A stretch of DNA of 64,000 nucleotides from Candidatus Latescibacterota bacterium (GCA_965206595.1 OZ242214.1:3904001-3968000); one strand, 5' to 3'. Counted from the first letter of the stretch, positions 30,626 through 41,467 are shown. Notes: generated by a model not told the origin, from the letters alone. Made by a program: numbers and translations.

Positions 30626-31965
30626 GTCGCCAGGTTCAGCACGACGTCCAGCGCCACCAGGTCGGCCCGATGGCGTGCGGCCTCGGCGAGGTACCGCTGG
30701 ATTTCCATGTTGGCCAGGACCGGCTCGGAAAACAGCACCTGCTGCACGCTACCGGTGCCCTTTCCGGTGCGCTCCGGCTGTTGGCCGAAGGCGCGCTCCG
30801 CGGCCTCCGGGTCGATCTGCAGCAGGGTGGCCGAAGTCTCCACGGCAGGCAGCAGGGACGACCTTGCCCGGCGCATCTCCTGGGCGGCCAGATCGACGTT
30901 GCTCCTTTCGATGCGCAGGTCGAGGTTGCTCCGCAGGCCCTCCGCGATGATCTCCTGCAAACTCAAGCGCCGATCCCCGGCCGGTTCGTCGGTTTTGAGG
31001 AAGCGGGCGGAAAAAAGCGTTTCGAAAGAGAGGTCGAGGCCGATCTTCCGGACCGTTGCCGCGTTCAGAACCCATTGGTCGTCGCGATTGCGCTGCACGG
31101 GCATCGCCGCCAACTCCTCCCCCAGGGCGACTCCCTCGACGGTCAGGGCAAGGCTGCGGACGATCTGGTCCCGGCCGTTCTGGTCGCCGATGCACCCCAT
31201 CATCCCCGCATCCACATAAGACCGGCTCATGGCAAAGGAGGGGAGCTTGCGCCCGGCAATGGCCGCGGCCAGCTGGGCGACTTCGTCGGACCGGCGCTCG
31301 AAAACCATCGTCAGGTAAACCGCGTCGACCGCGTCGCTCAGCACCGGGAGGGGGGCTTCCGCCCCCCAGAAAACCAGCTCCACCTCGGCTCCGTACGGTT
31401 CTGCCAGGCGTTGGAAGAAACCCTCGAAATCCAGCCTGCCTTTCAGGGTCTCACTGACGATGGCGGCGAGATGCGAAAAGGGATGGATGCGGTGGAACGC
31501 CTCCAGGTCCTTTTCGACCGCATGGGTACCGAGGACGTAGGTAAAGTTGGGCACCCCGGATACGCCGGGCTCGACCATCGGCATCCGCTGCAGTTCCACG
31601 TCGAGGATTCCCACGGCGATCGTCGGTTTGGGCAGTTCGTCCAGGGCGGCCAGCATCGCCGCGCTTGCCGGCCCCACGGAAATGATCAGATCGACCGCGG
31701 GATCGGTCGCCAGGGACAGGTAGTCCGCGCGCCCCGCGCCGAAACGCAGGTGCTCCGGGAGGAATTGAACCGACTTGCCGGCCCCCAGCACCTTGTGGAT
31801 TTCCTCCCTCAGGAAGTCCAGATCGCTTGCGGAATCGGTTTCACCGGGCTCGGAATCGAGCAACAGCCCGATGTAGAGATCGCTCTCCTCCCTCTGCGCG
31901 CACGCCGGCGCCACCGGCAGCGCCAGGCCGATTGCCAGAACCGCGGATACGGCTGTTCTCAGCAT
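30619..31965 (-). pseudogene. TolC-family protein with N-terminal ABC-type substrate-binding domain, truncated after the first TolC segment
   Basis: Signal peptide, periplasmic binding-like region (DLIISVGP, KPTIAVG, VLN..T..KIGL), then LSLQEII.E.L.SNLDL..ARSSLLP; ends abruptly at the RND fragment. Confidence 0.8.
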
Positions 31966-32103
31966 CCAGTCCACTCCAACGGGAACGCGGGAAGACGGAC
32001 GGAAGGTCAAGGAAGGACGGTTTAAGAGAGGGGCAGGACCGGAGTGCATCGGGAGCCGTATTCGTACCTGCATGTTGAGCGCGGGCCGCGGACCCACCCG
32101 CCC

Positions 32104-33513
32104 CTAGTAAGCGCTCTCCTTCGTCGTCAGGGGGCACCACCTCGAGGTCTCGAGGAACGGCAGCACCGCCTCCCAGGCCTGCCCGGTGCCGATCCGCAGC
32201 AGGGCCTGTGCGGCGTCGCCGCGCACGTACCGGTCCCTGTCGTAGAGCACGTCCCGCAGCGCCGGAACCGCCGGCTCCGCGTGCGACCCCAGCCGGACCA
32301 GGGCGAAGGCGGCGTTGCGGCGCACGCGGTCATCCTCGTCGCCGAGGGCGGTGGCCAGCGCTTGGGCAGCGGCCGGCTCCGACTGGGCGACCGTTCCCAG
32401 CGCTTCGGCGGCCTGGGCGCGGACCTCGACCGACTCGTCCTGCAGCCGCCGCGTCAGGGCCGGTACGGCCGGCCGCGCCGCCAGGCCGATGTCCCCCAGG
32501 ATTTCGGCGGCCTCGGCGCGCTCGTGCGCGGCTGCATCACCCCGCTGCAGCGAGTCGATCAGGGGCTCGACGGCCGCTTCCCCGATGGCGCTCAGGGCGT
32601 GGCAGGCGTTGCGCCGCAGCTCCTGCGAGTCGTCGCGCAGCAGCCGCGTCAGCCCGGGGACCGCGGCCGATCCAGCTCCTTTCAGTGCGTAGGCGGCCCG
32701 CAGTCTGGCGGACTCGCAGCCGTCACCGAGCTCTGCCAGCAGCTCCGGCACCCGCTCCGCCGAATCCGCGGCGCACTGCCCGTTGCCCGCACCGTTGGCC
32801 GTCCTGCCGCAGTGCCAGTCCCAGACGTGCTCGTACATCTTCCGGTCCGGGGCGCCGGGTGGGTCGAGAGGAAGCGGACTGCCGTCACCCGGCCAGCCGG
32901 TTCCCTGGTTCAGCCAGCTGGGCGACAGCGGCTCCGCGGTGCGCGCGAACAGGAACTTCATCATGAAGCGCTGGCGGTCGCTGCGGTTGGGGCTGGCCCG
33001 GTGGAAGAGGTCGTAGTGGACGATCGCCACGGTCCCGGCCGCGCCGCACAGCGGCAGCTCCTCGGAGGCGGCCACCCCTTCCCCGGTGGCGTAGTAATGG
33101 CTTCCCGGCACGATCGCGGTCGGGCCCAGCTCCTCAGGGGTATCCTGGGGGTAGTAGAAAAGCAGGATCCGTCGGGTGTGGTGGGACCACCGGCTGCTGC
33201 CGTCCTGGTGCAGATTCTGCCCCTTGCTGCCGGGCGGATTGAAGTGGCAGTGGCGGTGGGGCTGCGAGTAGTAGCCCTCCCCGAGGATGCTGGTCAGCGC
33301 CCCCCGGACCTCGGGCGCGTCGAGGATCTGCTGCACCGCCGGGACCCTCGGCAGGAGGTTGTTGCCCGGGTTGCCCTCCTTTTCGAACACCGTCCCGGTC
33401 TCGCGGTAGATCCTCTCGTGCAGGCCGGCGGGCAGCCCGGGGCGCACGACCACGTATCCGTTGACGATGAAGTGCCGCAGCTGGTCGTCGGTCAGGAGTG
33501 TAAGCTCGTCCAT
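32104..33513 (-). CDS. Phytanoyl-CoA dioxygenase (PhyH) family protein fused to HEAT repeats
   Basis: FIVNGYVVV, LHQD, GPTAIVPGSH, HYDLFHRA; C-terminal VR..AA.ALG repeats. Confidence 0.88.
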   Translation of the reverse strand: MDELTLLTDDQLRHFIVNGYVVVRPGLPAGLHERIYRETGTVFEKEGNPGNNLLPRVPAVQQILDAPEVRGALTSILGEGYYSQPHRHCHFNPPGSKGQNLHQDGSSRWSHHTRRILLFYYPQDTPEELGPTAIVPGSHYYATGEGVAASEELPLCGAAGTVAIVHYDLFHRASPNRSDRQRFMMKFLFARTAEPLSPSWLNQGTGWPGDGSPLPLDPPGAPDRKMYEHVWDWHCGRTANGAGNGQCAADSAERVPELLAELGDGCESARLRAAYALKGAGSAAVPGLTRLLRDDSQELRRNACHALSAIGEAAVEPLIDSLQRGDAAAHERAEAAEILGDIGLAARPAVPALTRRLQDESVEVRAQAAEALGTVAQSEPAAAQALATALGDEDDRVRRNAAFALVRLGSHAEPAVPALRDVLYDRDRYVRGDAAQALLRIGTGQAWEAVLPFLETSRWCPLTTKESAY

Positions 33514-33919
33514 TCTCTTGCAGTCCTTTCTCTATCTGGCAGTCCGCGAAAAAGTCGCTTTGGACCGAGACCCGGTCACCTGCCGCGGGTCCGAGCCCTA
33601 CGGGTGGGCGACCAGATAGGCTCGGCGATTCCGGAGCCACCCGGATACCAGCGGCGAGCACGAACCGGTGTCGAAGGCCGCGAGAGACCACCTGGTTGTC
33701 TGGCACCCGTGTATGAAGCAGGAACGGCCGGCGATTGGGAGCCACCCCGGAGACCAGACGCGGCCGAACCGGGGCCGGAGGTGGCGAGGAAATCGACCGA
33801 CCAGAAGATGTCGGGCGATTCGGGCAAAACGCCCGGGCATGCAGCGAAAGGCCCCGACCCGATGAAACCGGAGACCGCGCGGAAATCCGTTTTTTCCGCA
33901 GGGCCGCCGGGCCACCGGT

Positions 33920-34972
33920 TCACAGCAGGTCCTCCAGCACCTGGATTCCCAGGTGCTCGATCCAGCCGCCGTCGAACCACTCCGGGTTCTCCCCATCGGG
34001 GCACTCGAGGTAGCGCAGGGTGTGGTAGCAGTAGACGCGCGGGTACTCGATGATCGCGTGGATCTCGGCCATGGCGGCGCAGTTGGGGACGCTGGGGTAA
34101 GGGACGACCGGGTTGCCTTCGAACTTGGTCCAGACGAAGCCGTCCTCGCTCCAGGCGTAGCCGATGCTCTCGCGCACGGTCAGCCGCGCCTTCTCCGCCT
34201 CCTCCGAGTAGGGGCCGCTGCCGAGGTGGGAGGGATCGCTGACCCTGGCGAGCTCACTGCCCCCGTAAAAGGCGTGGAACAGGCCGTTGTAATGGAGGAC
34301 CTCGAACTCCGAGAACCCCCCTTCGTCCCAGGCGCCCTTCTCCCCCTCGACCAGCGCCGGCTCCTCCCCGACCTCCCAGGGCCCCTCGAGGCGATCGGCC
34401 GTGGCGACGTGCATGCGGCCGAAGTCGAGCTGAACGGTGTCGGGCTCGGTGCCGAACATGAACCACCTGCCGTCGACCTCGACCAGCCCCGCAGGGTAGC
34501 ACATGCGCTGGTGTCCGATGATCGGGTTCCCCTCGTACTTGATCCACGGGCCCAGCGGACTGTCGGCATATGCGAGCGAGACCGACCACCCCCAGCCGAA
34601 AGGGCTTTCCCCGCAGGAGAGGTACACCATGCAGAAGCGCCCGCCGTCCCTGACGACCTTGGGACAGGCGACGAGACCGCTCTCGTGCGGACGGCCCGAC
34701 CGGGTCAGGACCGGAAGCTCTCCGTGCTTCCGCCACGGGCCGAGCGGGTCAGGCGCGGTGGCGACGAAGATCTGGTAGCCGGTGTCCGCCCAGGTCGAGT
34801 ACGAGTGGTAGTACCAGTAGTAGATGCCGTCCACCCTGATGCAGTCGCCGCTTTCGAGGACGCGGTCGTCCCAGGAGCCCGGCTCCCCGGTGACGATAGC
34901 GGGACAGGGCCCCACCGTGTGGGTGAATCCCCTGGTGAAAAGCGGACTGTTCGGTTCCGGGTTCGGGATCAT
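33920..34972 (-). CDS. Five-bladed beta-propeller glycoside hydrolase-like protein (GH32/43/130-type)
   Basis: GSWDD, ATAPDPLGPW.K, AYADSPLGPWIKYEGNPI, GAWDEG, IGYAWSEDGFVWTKFEGNPV; start set at MIPNPE. Confidence 0.78.
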   Translation of the reverse strand: MIPNPEPNSPLFTRGFTHTVGPCPAIVTGEPGSWDDRVLESGDCIRVDGIYYWYYHSYSTWADTGYQIFVATAPDPLGPWRKHGELPVLTRSGRPHESGLVACPKVVRDGGRFCMVYLSCGESPFGWGWSVSLAYADSPLGPWIKYEGNPIIGHQRMCYPAGLVEVDGRWFMFGTEPDTVQLDFGRMHVATADRLEGPWEVGEEPALVEGEKGAWDEGGFSEFEVLHYNGLFHAFYGGSELARVSDPSHLGSGPYSEEAEKARLTVRESIGYAWSEDGFVWTKFEGNPVVPYPSVPNCAAMAEIHAIIEYPRVYCYHTLRYLECPDGENPEWFDGGWIEHLGIQVLEDLL

Positions 34973-35106
34973 CTGTCTCTCCGGTGGATTGGCGTTGCAG
35001 CTGAGCTCCCCGGGGCTTGGCAACCGGGCGCAACGGCGGGTCCGGGAATACACCTCGAAGAAAAACGGACAGGCAGCAAAATGAGGCGCTGTCCAGGGAG
35101 AGGACG

Positions 35107-35919
35107 CTAGCGCTGCCTGCCGACCGCCCTCTCTATCAGGGCATCGGCGATCCGGGGGCTGAGCAGGCTGAGCCAGAGCAGGGCTTTCAGCTTCGGCGGC
35201 ATGAAGAGCTCCCGCTGCCGCTTCTCCATCGCCCTGACGATGGCGCGGCAGGCCTCGTCGACCGGAATCGCGTCCCCGCTGTGCTTGCGCGCCGCCTGTC
35301 CCAGGACGCCGCCGTCCCTGCCGACCGCCCTCTTGCGCAGGTCGGTCCCGGAGATCCAGTGGGGCAGCACCGTAAGTATGTCGACCCCCGCATCCTTCAG
35401 CTCCAGGCGCAGCGCCTCGCAGAACCCCTGCAGGGCATGCTTGGAGGCGACGTACCCGGTGTGCTTGGGCACCCCGATCTTCGCCTGGATCGAGGTGATG
35501 GCAACGATCATGCCGCGGCTGTTCTTGAGGTGGGGCAGGGCGTGGTAGATGCAGTTGACGGCGCCGAGGTAGTTGACCTCGGTGAGGCGGCGGAAGATCT
35601 CGAGGTCCTCGACCTCCTCGAAGGAGGTCCACATGCTGATGCCGGCGTTGGCCACCAGGTAGTCGACCGTGCCGAAGCGGCCGGCGCACACATCGGCCAG
35701 CCGCTTGCAGTCATCGGCCTTGGTGACGTCGCCTATCACGGCGACCGCCTCCGCGCCAAGCTGGCGGCAGCGGGAGGCCACCTCTTCCTGCTGCTCCGCC
35801 TCGGGTGAGAACAACGCCAGGTTCGCTCCCCGGCGGGCCAGCTCCAGGGCGAGGGCGGCCCCCAACCCGGAGGAAGCCCCGGTGGTGATGATGCTCTTTT
35901 TGTGGAAAGAATCTGACAT
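35107..35919 (-). CDS. Short-chain dehydrogenase/reductase
   Basis: TGASSGLG, NAGIS, YVASK. Confidence 0.93.
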   Translation of the reverse strand: MSDSFHKKSIITTGASSGLGAALALELARRGANLALFSPEAEQQEEVASRCRQLGAEAVAVIGDVTKADDCKRLADVCAGRFGTVDYLVANAGISMWTSFEEVEDLEIFRRLTEVNYLGAVNCIYHALPHLKNSRGMIVAITSIQAKIGVPKHTGYVASKHALQGFCEALRLELKDAGVDILTVLPHWISGTDLRKRAVGRDGGVLGQAARKHSGDAIPVDEACRAIVRAMEKRQRELFMPPKLKALLWLSLLSPRIADALIERAVGRQR

Positions 35920-36207
35920 CTCGCTTCAGGCGTTGTTTGTCAGGCTCGCTACGAACCTCGGGAAATTTGCGTTACAGGCGGCCAGCTGTTCGGGGGAAGC
36001 ACCTCTGCCAGACCCGGCAATGAACCATGACATGGCTGCTCTCGCCGCGGGCTGCAAATCTACGAAGATGCCAGTGTGGATACAGCGCCGGGCGCGTCCT
36101 CGACGCTGGTCCTGAGGCGGGCTTCAGGATGCGGTACCAGTCGACTCGTTCTCCGGCGACAGCTGGAGTTCATCCTCTACTCGGACAGTTCCGAGCGTGG
36201 AGGCGTC

Positions 36208-36729
36208 TCATGAACCCCTGTCCGACTGTAAGGCAACCGACCCAAGAGGCAGGAAGAGCCGGTTTCGCTGTCCCACCAATGGCATGAAACCGAATGCCCG
36301 GTAGAACCCTGAGGCCCGCTCGTCCTTGGCATCGACGACCAGGGCATGGATGGCGATCTCTTCACTCACCGCCAACGCCCGTTTCACTGCGTCGGCCAGG
36401 AGCAACCGGCCGATGCTTTGCCCCTGGATGTCGCTGGACACCGCCAGACGGCCGATCAGGGCGGCGGGAACCGGATGGCGGGGCAACCTGAGCGCCTTGT
36501 CCGCAGGCAGGGCACTCAATTCGATCGACAGGGAACTCAGGGTGTAGTAGCCGAGAACCGCCTCGGAGCCTTCCTCACAGCACACGAACACGCGCGCGAC
36601 ACGCCGCCGCGGGTCCTGGCCGGCCCGGGTCCGGAGATACGCGTCGAGGGCCTCGACCCCGCAGGAGAACCCCGCTCGGTCATGGCGTTTTGCCAGCGGC
36701 GCGATGGCAAGTCTGGTGGAGGGCGTCAC
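36208..36729 (-). CDS. GNAT acetyltransferase toxin (AtaT/TacT type)
   Basis: HDR.GFSCG..LD.YL, LGYYTL, PAALIGRLAV..QGQ.IG.LL.DA, VDAKD..A..FY..FGF. Confidence 0.92.
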   Translation of the reverse strand: MTPSTRLAIAPLAKRHDRAGFSCGVEALDAYLRTRAGQDPRRRVARVFVCCEEGSEAVLGYYTLSSLSIELSALPADKALRLPRHPVPAALIGRLAVSSDIQGQSIGRLLLADAVKRALAVSEEIAIHALVVDAKDERASGFYRAFGFMPLVGQRNRLFLPLGSVALQSDRGS

Positions 36730-37013
36730 TCCGGGGAGACGCGGCGATCATGCTCCTTCAGTGCCGCTGCTAGCCTGGGATTCATCCGTGGCGGCTGAAG
36801 GAGCGCATCGAAGAACACCTCTGCATCCCGGCGTTTCAGCACCATCGTCTCGTGCTTCCGGATCGTCTGCTCCGCCTGGGCAAGAGCACTGGACAGAATG
36901 AAGCTGCTCGCGGTCTTCCCCTCGAAGCTTGCCGCCTGCTCGATCCGCTTCTTGGCCTCCGGGTTGAGGCGAAGATTGAAACGCTCGCTATTGGCTGTGG
37001 AGGTCTGGGTCAT
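36726..37013 (-). CDS. DUF1778 RHH antitoxin (AtaR/TacA type)
   Basis: ERFNLRL..K..IEQAA..SSFILSSA..F.DAL..PP..NPRL; 4-bp overlap with the toxin. Confidence 0.92.
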   Translation of the reverse strand: MTQTSTANSERFNLRLNPEAKKRIEQAASFEGKTASSFILSSALAQAEQTIRKHETMVLKRRDAEVFFDALLQPPRMNPRLAAALKEHDRRVSPE

Positions 37014-37048
37014 ATCATTCTTTCGTTTTTGGTAATTGCCGAGTCATA

Positions 37049-37077
37049 AGTGTACGTCGATATGGTGCCTTGATCAA
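37049..37077 (-). promoter_or_regulatory. Sigma70-type promoter of the DUF1778/GNAT operon
   Basis: Minus strand TTGATC-N17-TACACT, 35 bp upstream of the antitoxin start. Confidence 0.6.
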
Positions 37078-37524
37078 GACTGGGGATGATCCCTCACCCC
37101 AGCAGCAGCACGGTCTCGCTGTTAAGGAGGTTGGGGACGTGATACGCGCGAGAGTGACGTAGTGCATCGTTCGACAGGCGTTTTACACAAGAAGTGCCCT
37201 TTCAAATCCCCGCTCATCGAGCCCGTTGAGGGAGACCGGCGCCGCGCGGCAGCTCCGGCTTCGCTGGAGATTAAGCCCCGTACGTCTCATCAGGCCCTTC
37301 CCTAGAGAGAGCCAGAAACGCAAACCCACAGGCACCACAATCCACCCGGCGGTACTAAGGAGTGCAGTGCCCCAAGGTATCCATGGACAGTTTGGCAAGC
37401 ATGTCCGGGCGCCCGGGGAGTGTCCACTCGAGGTAGCCCACCCCGCCGAAGTCGAACGGCATCCAGCCGGCTTGGGAGCCGGAACGACCAGCGGCTTTTT
37501 CACCACCTTCGGCGATGCGGAGAC

Positions 37525-39427
37525 TCAATACGCGATGGCGACGAGGCGCTGGGCGCAGTCCGTTTTGGTGTCGGTTTCGACCTCGAGCTGCAGCAGGTAG
37601 AGGCCCGGTGCCAGCCGGCCTTTGTCGCCGGTGCCATCCCAGAAAACGCTGGAGGGTCCGCTGGCGGCGCTGCCTCCAAGCCCGACCCCACCGACCTGCC
37701 GGCCTGTCAGATCGTAGACGGCGATTGATACGGGCACCGCGCCGCTGAGATTCATCAACTCGTCGACTGATCTGGAATGGTGGTGAGGGCTACCCGTGTT
37801 CGGTTGCTGTCGTTCAACTCGTCTGCGTCCCCCTCGGAGACCGGTTGCGGAACCTCGAACGGCACGTCGCTGTCGGAGAGCCGGGCTGTGAAGGGGGTGC
37901 TGTAGTCGTAGACCTGGGCCTGGAAGGTCAGCTCGATGAGCATTCCGTTATGGTTCGAACCGATTCGCGGAATCCGCGAGGAGAAGCCCCTTTCATCCTG
38001 CGACGTGACCGTCAGGTCGAGGTCGGTTCCGTCCAGACGTGCCACGACTTCGACGCCGACGATGCGCCCCGGGGTGTCGATGGAGATGACGTCGAAGCCG
38101 GCATCGCCGGGCTCGATCCGGGGCCGCACCTGGTAGGTGAAGGAGGTGACCTCCCCGGCGGCGGCAGCGAAAGGGGCGATCTCGGCTGTCGCACGAGTGA
38201 CCAGGGGTGGCGAAGCCGCGAACTGCAGGTAGTCGACCCGGCCGCCCGACTCGGGGGTGGAATGGAAGGCGCCTTCGAACTGCGCAAAGCGGCGTGGCCG
38301 GTCGGCGTTGGGGTTTCCCCTTCCGGCGAGGAAGTCGTAGGGGGTGTTCCAGGTCACCCAGTTTTCGTTGTCGCGGGTGACGTCGCCTTTCTCGCTCGGA
38401 TCCAGGCGCTGGTACTGGGCGCGCGTGAGAGACGCGCCGGACGTGGAAAAGGGGACCTGTTCGTCCCCCCGGAAGGTCTTGCGCCAGTACAGGTTGGGTT
38501 GGTCGTCGTCACCGCTGCGCATGGTGATGTCGACGCGGGTCTACGGGTCTTCCCTCTGCTGTCCAGCCCAGGTCAGCTCTCCCAGGCTGAGCGCTTCGCC
38601 AAGGTCGATGACGTTGGACGTATATCTCGCGAACGGGGCCAGGCCGGCGGCGTAGATCTCGAATTCGGCAACCTCCCACCACAAGTCTCCCCTGGTCGAA
38701 AATCCGGAAGAGCAGGCGCCGGGTGGAAATGGAAGGGAAACTCAGATCGACCACCTCATGACCTGGACCCTCGTGTGCGACATCGAAGTCGTAGTGCATC
38801 GCCGGGTTGACGGTATTCGCGTACGACAATTTGTATGGCCGTGTCTCTTCCTTGGCAGGGTCTCCGTCGCTTGTGGCGATCAGAAACCGGGGCACCGGAT
38901 CCTCGCCTCCGGAACGGCACGTGGCCGCTGCCCTCCAGCCAATTCCACACGTGACGAGGGTGCCGTCATCATGGCGAGTGTTGAAGTGTATGCGCTCGAG
39001 GTGTACCTGCCGTTGCAGATCGAACAAATAGGAAATGCCGGTGTCGTCCGTGTAATGAGGAATCGGTATCCCCGTCGACCATACGAACCGACAACCGGCG
39101 ATACGAGGATCCTGAACGCGCAGCGATCTCCCACTTTCCCCCCAGGTAAAGGAAGTTCTCATCCAACGTGGAGGGGGCCAGATTCACATTGGAGTCCATG
39201 ACCTCCGGAGTGATCGAACCGGGTTGGAGATTCAGGCTGATCGAATCTCCAAAGCGGTTGTCATCGACATCCTCCCAGTAAAGTTGCACGAAATCGAAAG
39301 CCTTCCCCTCGAGGTCGGGCTCCGGCACATCTGCCCCGCCCAGACGATATATGGTCAGTGCCTCTCCCGTGGTGGCCATGCAACCCACCACAAGAGCGAT
39401 TGCCGGGAGTCGAAGGTCGAAATGCAT
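37525..39427 (-). pseudogene. Large secreted protein with C-terminal FlgD-Ig-like domain, split by frameshifts and a stop
   Basis: Signal peptide at 39427; consecutive pieces in different frames (YLFDLQRQVHLERIHF; WEVAEFEIY..YTSNVIDLG; TAG near 38541; RSGDDDQP..; VYDLTGRQV..WDGTG..LAPGLYLLQLEV..VAIAY). Confidence 0.75.
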
Positions 39428-39504
39428 TGAGTGGGTCTCGGAGATTCAGCAGGCGATGGAGGCGAGACGCCCAGGCGCGGGTGTCGGGCGCCTCACTGGT
39501 TGCA

Positions 39505-40510
39505 TCAAACTCTGCAATTCCCGGACGGTCTGCAACGGGTGGACCCTATTTTTCGGAGATATACCGGCCGCCCATTCGGCTGTGCTGAATCAAACCGAAT
39601 GCAATGGTGTTTACGTACAACCGGTTGGAAGGACAGGGTAGCTCCTGATTGAAGTGAGGTGCCATTTGTATGGCTGCCAGACGGTTGTGAATCTGCAAGG
39701 CGTCCAGTGGCCCGACCGCAGGACAGACCCCCCCCCTTTCGATACTCGGTGACGTCAAAAAAGTCATGGAAAAGTGGATGGCCCAGTTCGATCTTCACGA
39801 TTTCCGCGCTTTCCCCGATTTGGGAAAGATGCTCCTGTAGTGTTGGCAGATCGGCGCCGATGACAAAACCACCCATGACCAGGTATTGAGCCAGAACCTC
39901 ATTTGACACGACTCCAATATGAGAAAGCAAGACGACCGGATACTGCTTCATCTCACTTAAATTCAATTTATACCGGTAAGGGTAGAGATGGATCGTCTCT
40001 TCGACAGGCACCTTCCAGGGTATCCGCAAACCTCGTTTCATGAAATCTAGTGTATTGTACAGGACCTTGGTACCATGATATTCCCATTTGTCTTTTTTTG
40101 GCCAGTTGTTCCAGGCGGGCAGATTGCAGATATGCCTTCTTCAGCTTTCCTGTATCCGGATCGATAAGGACGACCGTGCGTTCCCGGCTTATTGCATCCA
40201 ACTCCACCAGGTCGGGAACAGTCCGGATTTCCGACACGCTTTCCGGAAAACCAAAGCCCCTTTCGAGGGTGTCCGCGGCAACTTCCCCGCGCTTTTCTTC
40301 CTCCGGGAAGGCACGGCCCTCCGCTACCGGGATTTCGATGTCAGGAAAAACAACCGAGTCTGCGGGTGCCACCGTTTCGAGATCGGGTGGCCGCGTTTCC
40401 GAACGCAGGCGATCCAGTAACTGACGCGGAACCGGAATCGGCAGGGTCAGCTCGAATCGTTCGGGCTTCACTCGGGCGGCAAAGCGCACATTCACCGCGT
40501 CTTCTCGTAA
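39505..40510 (-). pseudogene. Degraded DUF4159-like protein
   Basis: Two overlapping frames (39968..40495, 39505..40041); YPVVLL..LAQYLVMGGF..ELGHPLFHDFFD; N-terminal TM segment missing compared with the 46246 copy. Confidence 0.5.
40344..40477. repeat. ~134-bp diverged direct repeat (second copy 45981..46114)
   Basis: Both copies encode ARVKPERFELT.P.PVPRQLLDRLRSE.RPPDLETVA.ADSVVFP on the minus strand. Confidence 0.9.
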
Positions 40511-40519
40511 CCTGAGTCC

Positions 40520-41177
40520 TCAAGCCGGCCATTCTTTTGGACACGGATCGTCCACCGGGAAGCTGAGAGTGACTCCGCCGATCCAGGACAGGATCCGCCG
40601 GTGCAGGTGCACCTCGAGGTCGAGGATGGAGGCCCGTTGCTCATTGACGCGGCTCATGCGCAGCAGGTGGCAGGCGAACAGGGGGGCGTCGGCACCGAAC
40701 CTGCTGATTGATTGTATGGTCACACCGGTCCTGCTCGAACAGAGTGTCTCCAGCAGGCTGCGGATGCGCACGTCATGCCCAACCCCGATGCCCTGGGTTT
40801 CCGGTTCCAGCTCTTCGTAGTGGTCGCGAAACTCCGAGGACACCTCCCTGAAGAACAGCAGCAAGAGCACCTGCCGGTCGAAGGAATGGGACCACCTGCG
40901 GATCGCTCACCTCCAGTCGGGCCTCGGAACCCCCCCCGAGGCGCAGCAACTCATGCTCCGAGATATCGAGCTGCTGTCGCAGCTTTTCCGTCGGGATGGC
41001 CTCCTCCGGGTCGATGCACATGCCGGAGCACCAGAGCCGGCGGCTCCGCTGGCGCACAAGGCGCCGCAGCCCGCCGCATTCCAGCTGCAGAATAGCCTCT
41101 TTCAACATCGCGTCGAGAAACTCGGGGTTGGACTTGAAACCCCGCACCCGGAGAAGGGGTTGCGCCGGGGCCGTCAT
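40520..41177 (-). pseudogene. Hypothetical protein, probably frameshifted near the C8/G8 run at ~40930
   Basis: Two protein-like ORFs in adjacent frames (40773..41177, 40520..40870); RBS-like gagg upstream; no family recognised. Confidence 0.4.
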
Positions 41178-41241
41178 CGCCCCGCCCTCAATGAAACCGT
41201 GGTCTTCGAGCCTGTGCGGGTCAGGGGTTCTCTGGTAGGCA

Positions 41242-41467
41242 TGTCGCTGCTCCGGGGAATGGGTTCGCTCTTGAAAGCAAAAAGCGAACCCGTTGTCCCG
41301 GGAGTGCGACAGATCATGTCGCGGCGTTCACCTTTTTTCCGGGAAGTGTCTTGTAGCCGAGTCCGATCCCGGAGCACCGGACTCCGGGAGGGTTGGACGA
41401 AAGGGAGGCAGCGAGTTTGGTCGAGGTCGGGTGAGCACAAGGGTCATCGGCTTTGCCCGAAACCAAA
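41242..41467 (+). ncRNA. Candidate structured RNA, three long hairpins
   Basis: Stems at 41242-41311, 41361-41398 and 41416-41467, each with G-U pairs on the + strand. Confidence 0.4.

Noticed and set aside
34973-35689. N-terminal extension of the 589-aa ORF 33920..35689
   Set aside because: It overlaps the SDR gene in another frame and is low complexity; the real start is probably 34972.
37430-37500. tRNA-like text on the minus strand (ccggctcccaagccgg and gccgttcgacttcggc)
   Set aside because: Loop sizes are off and no acceptor or D stem could be built; tRNAscan-SE or ARAGORN would settle it.
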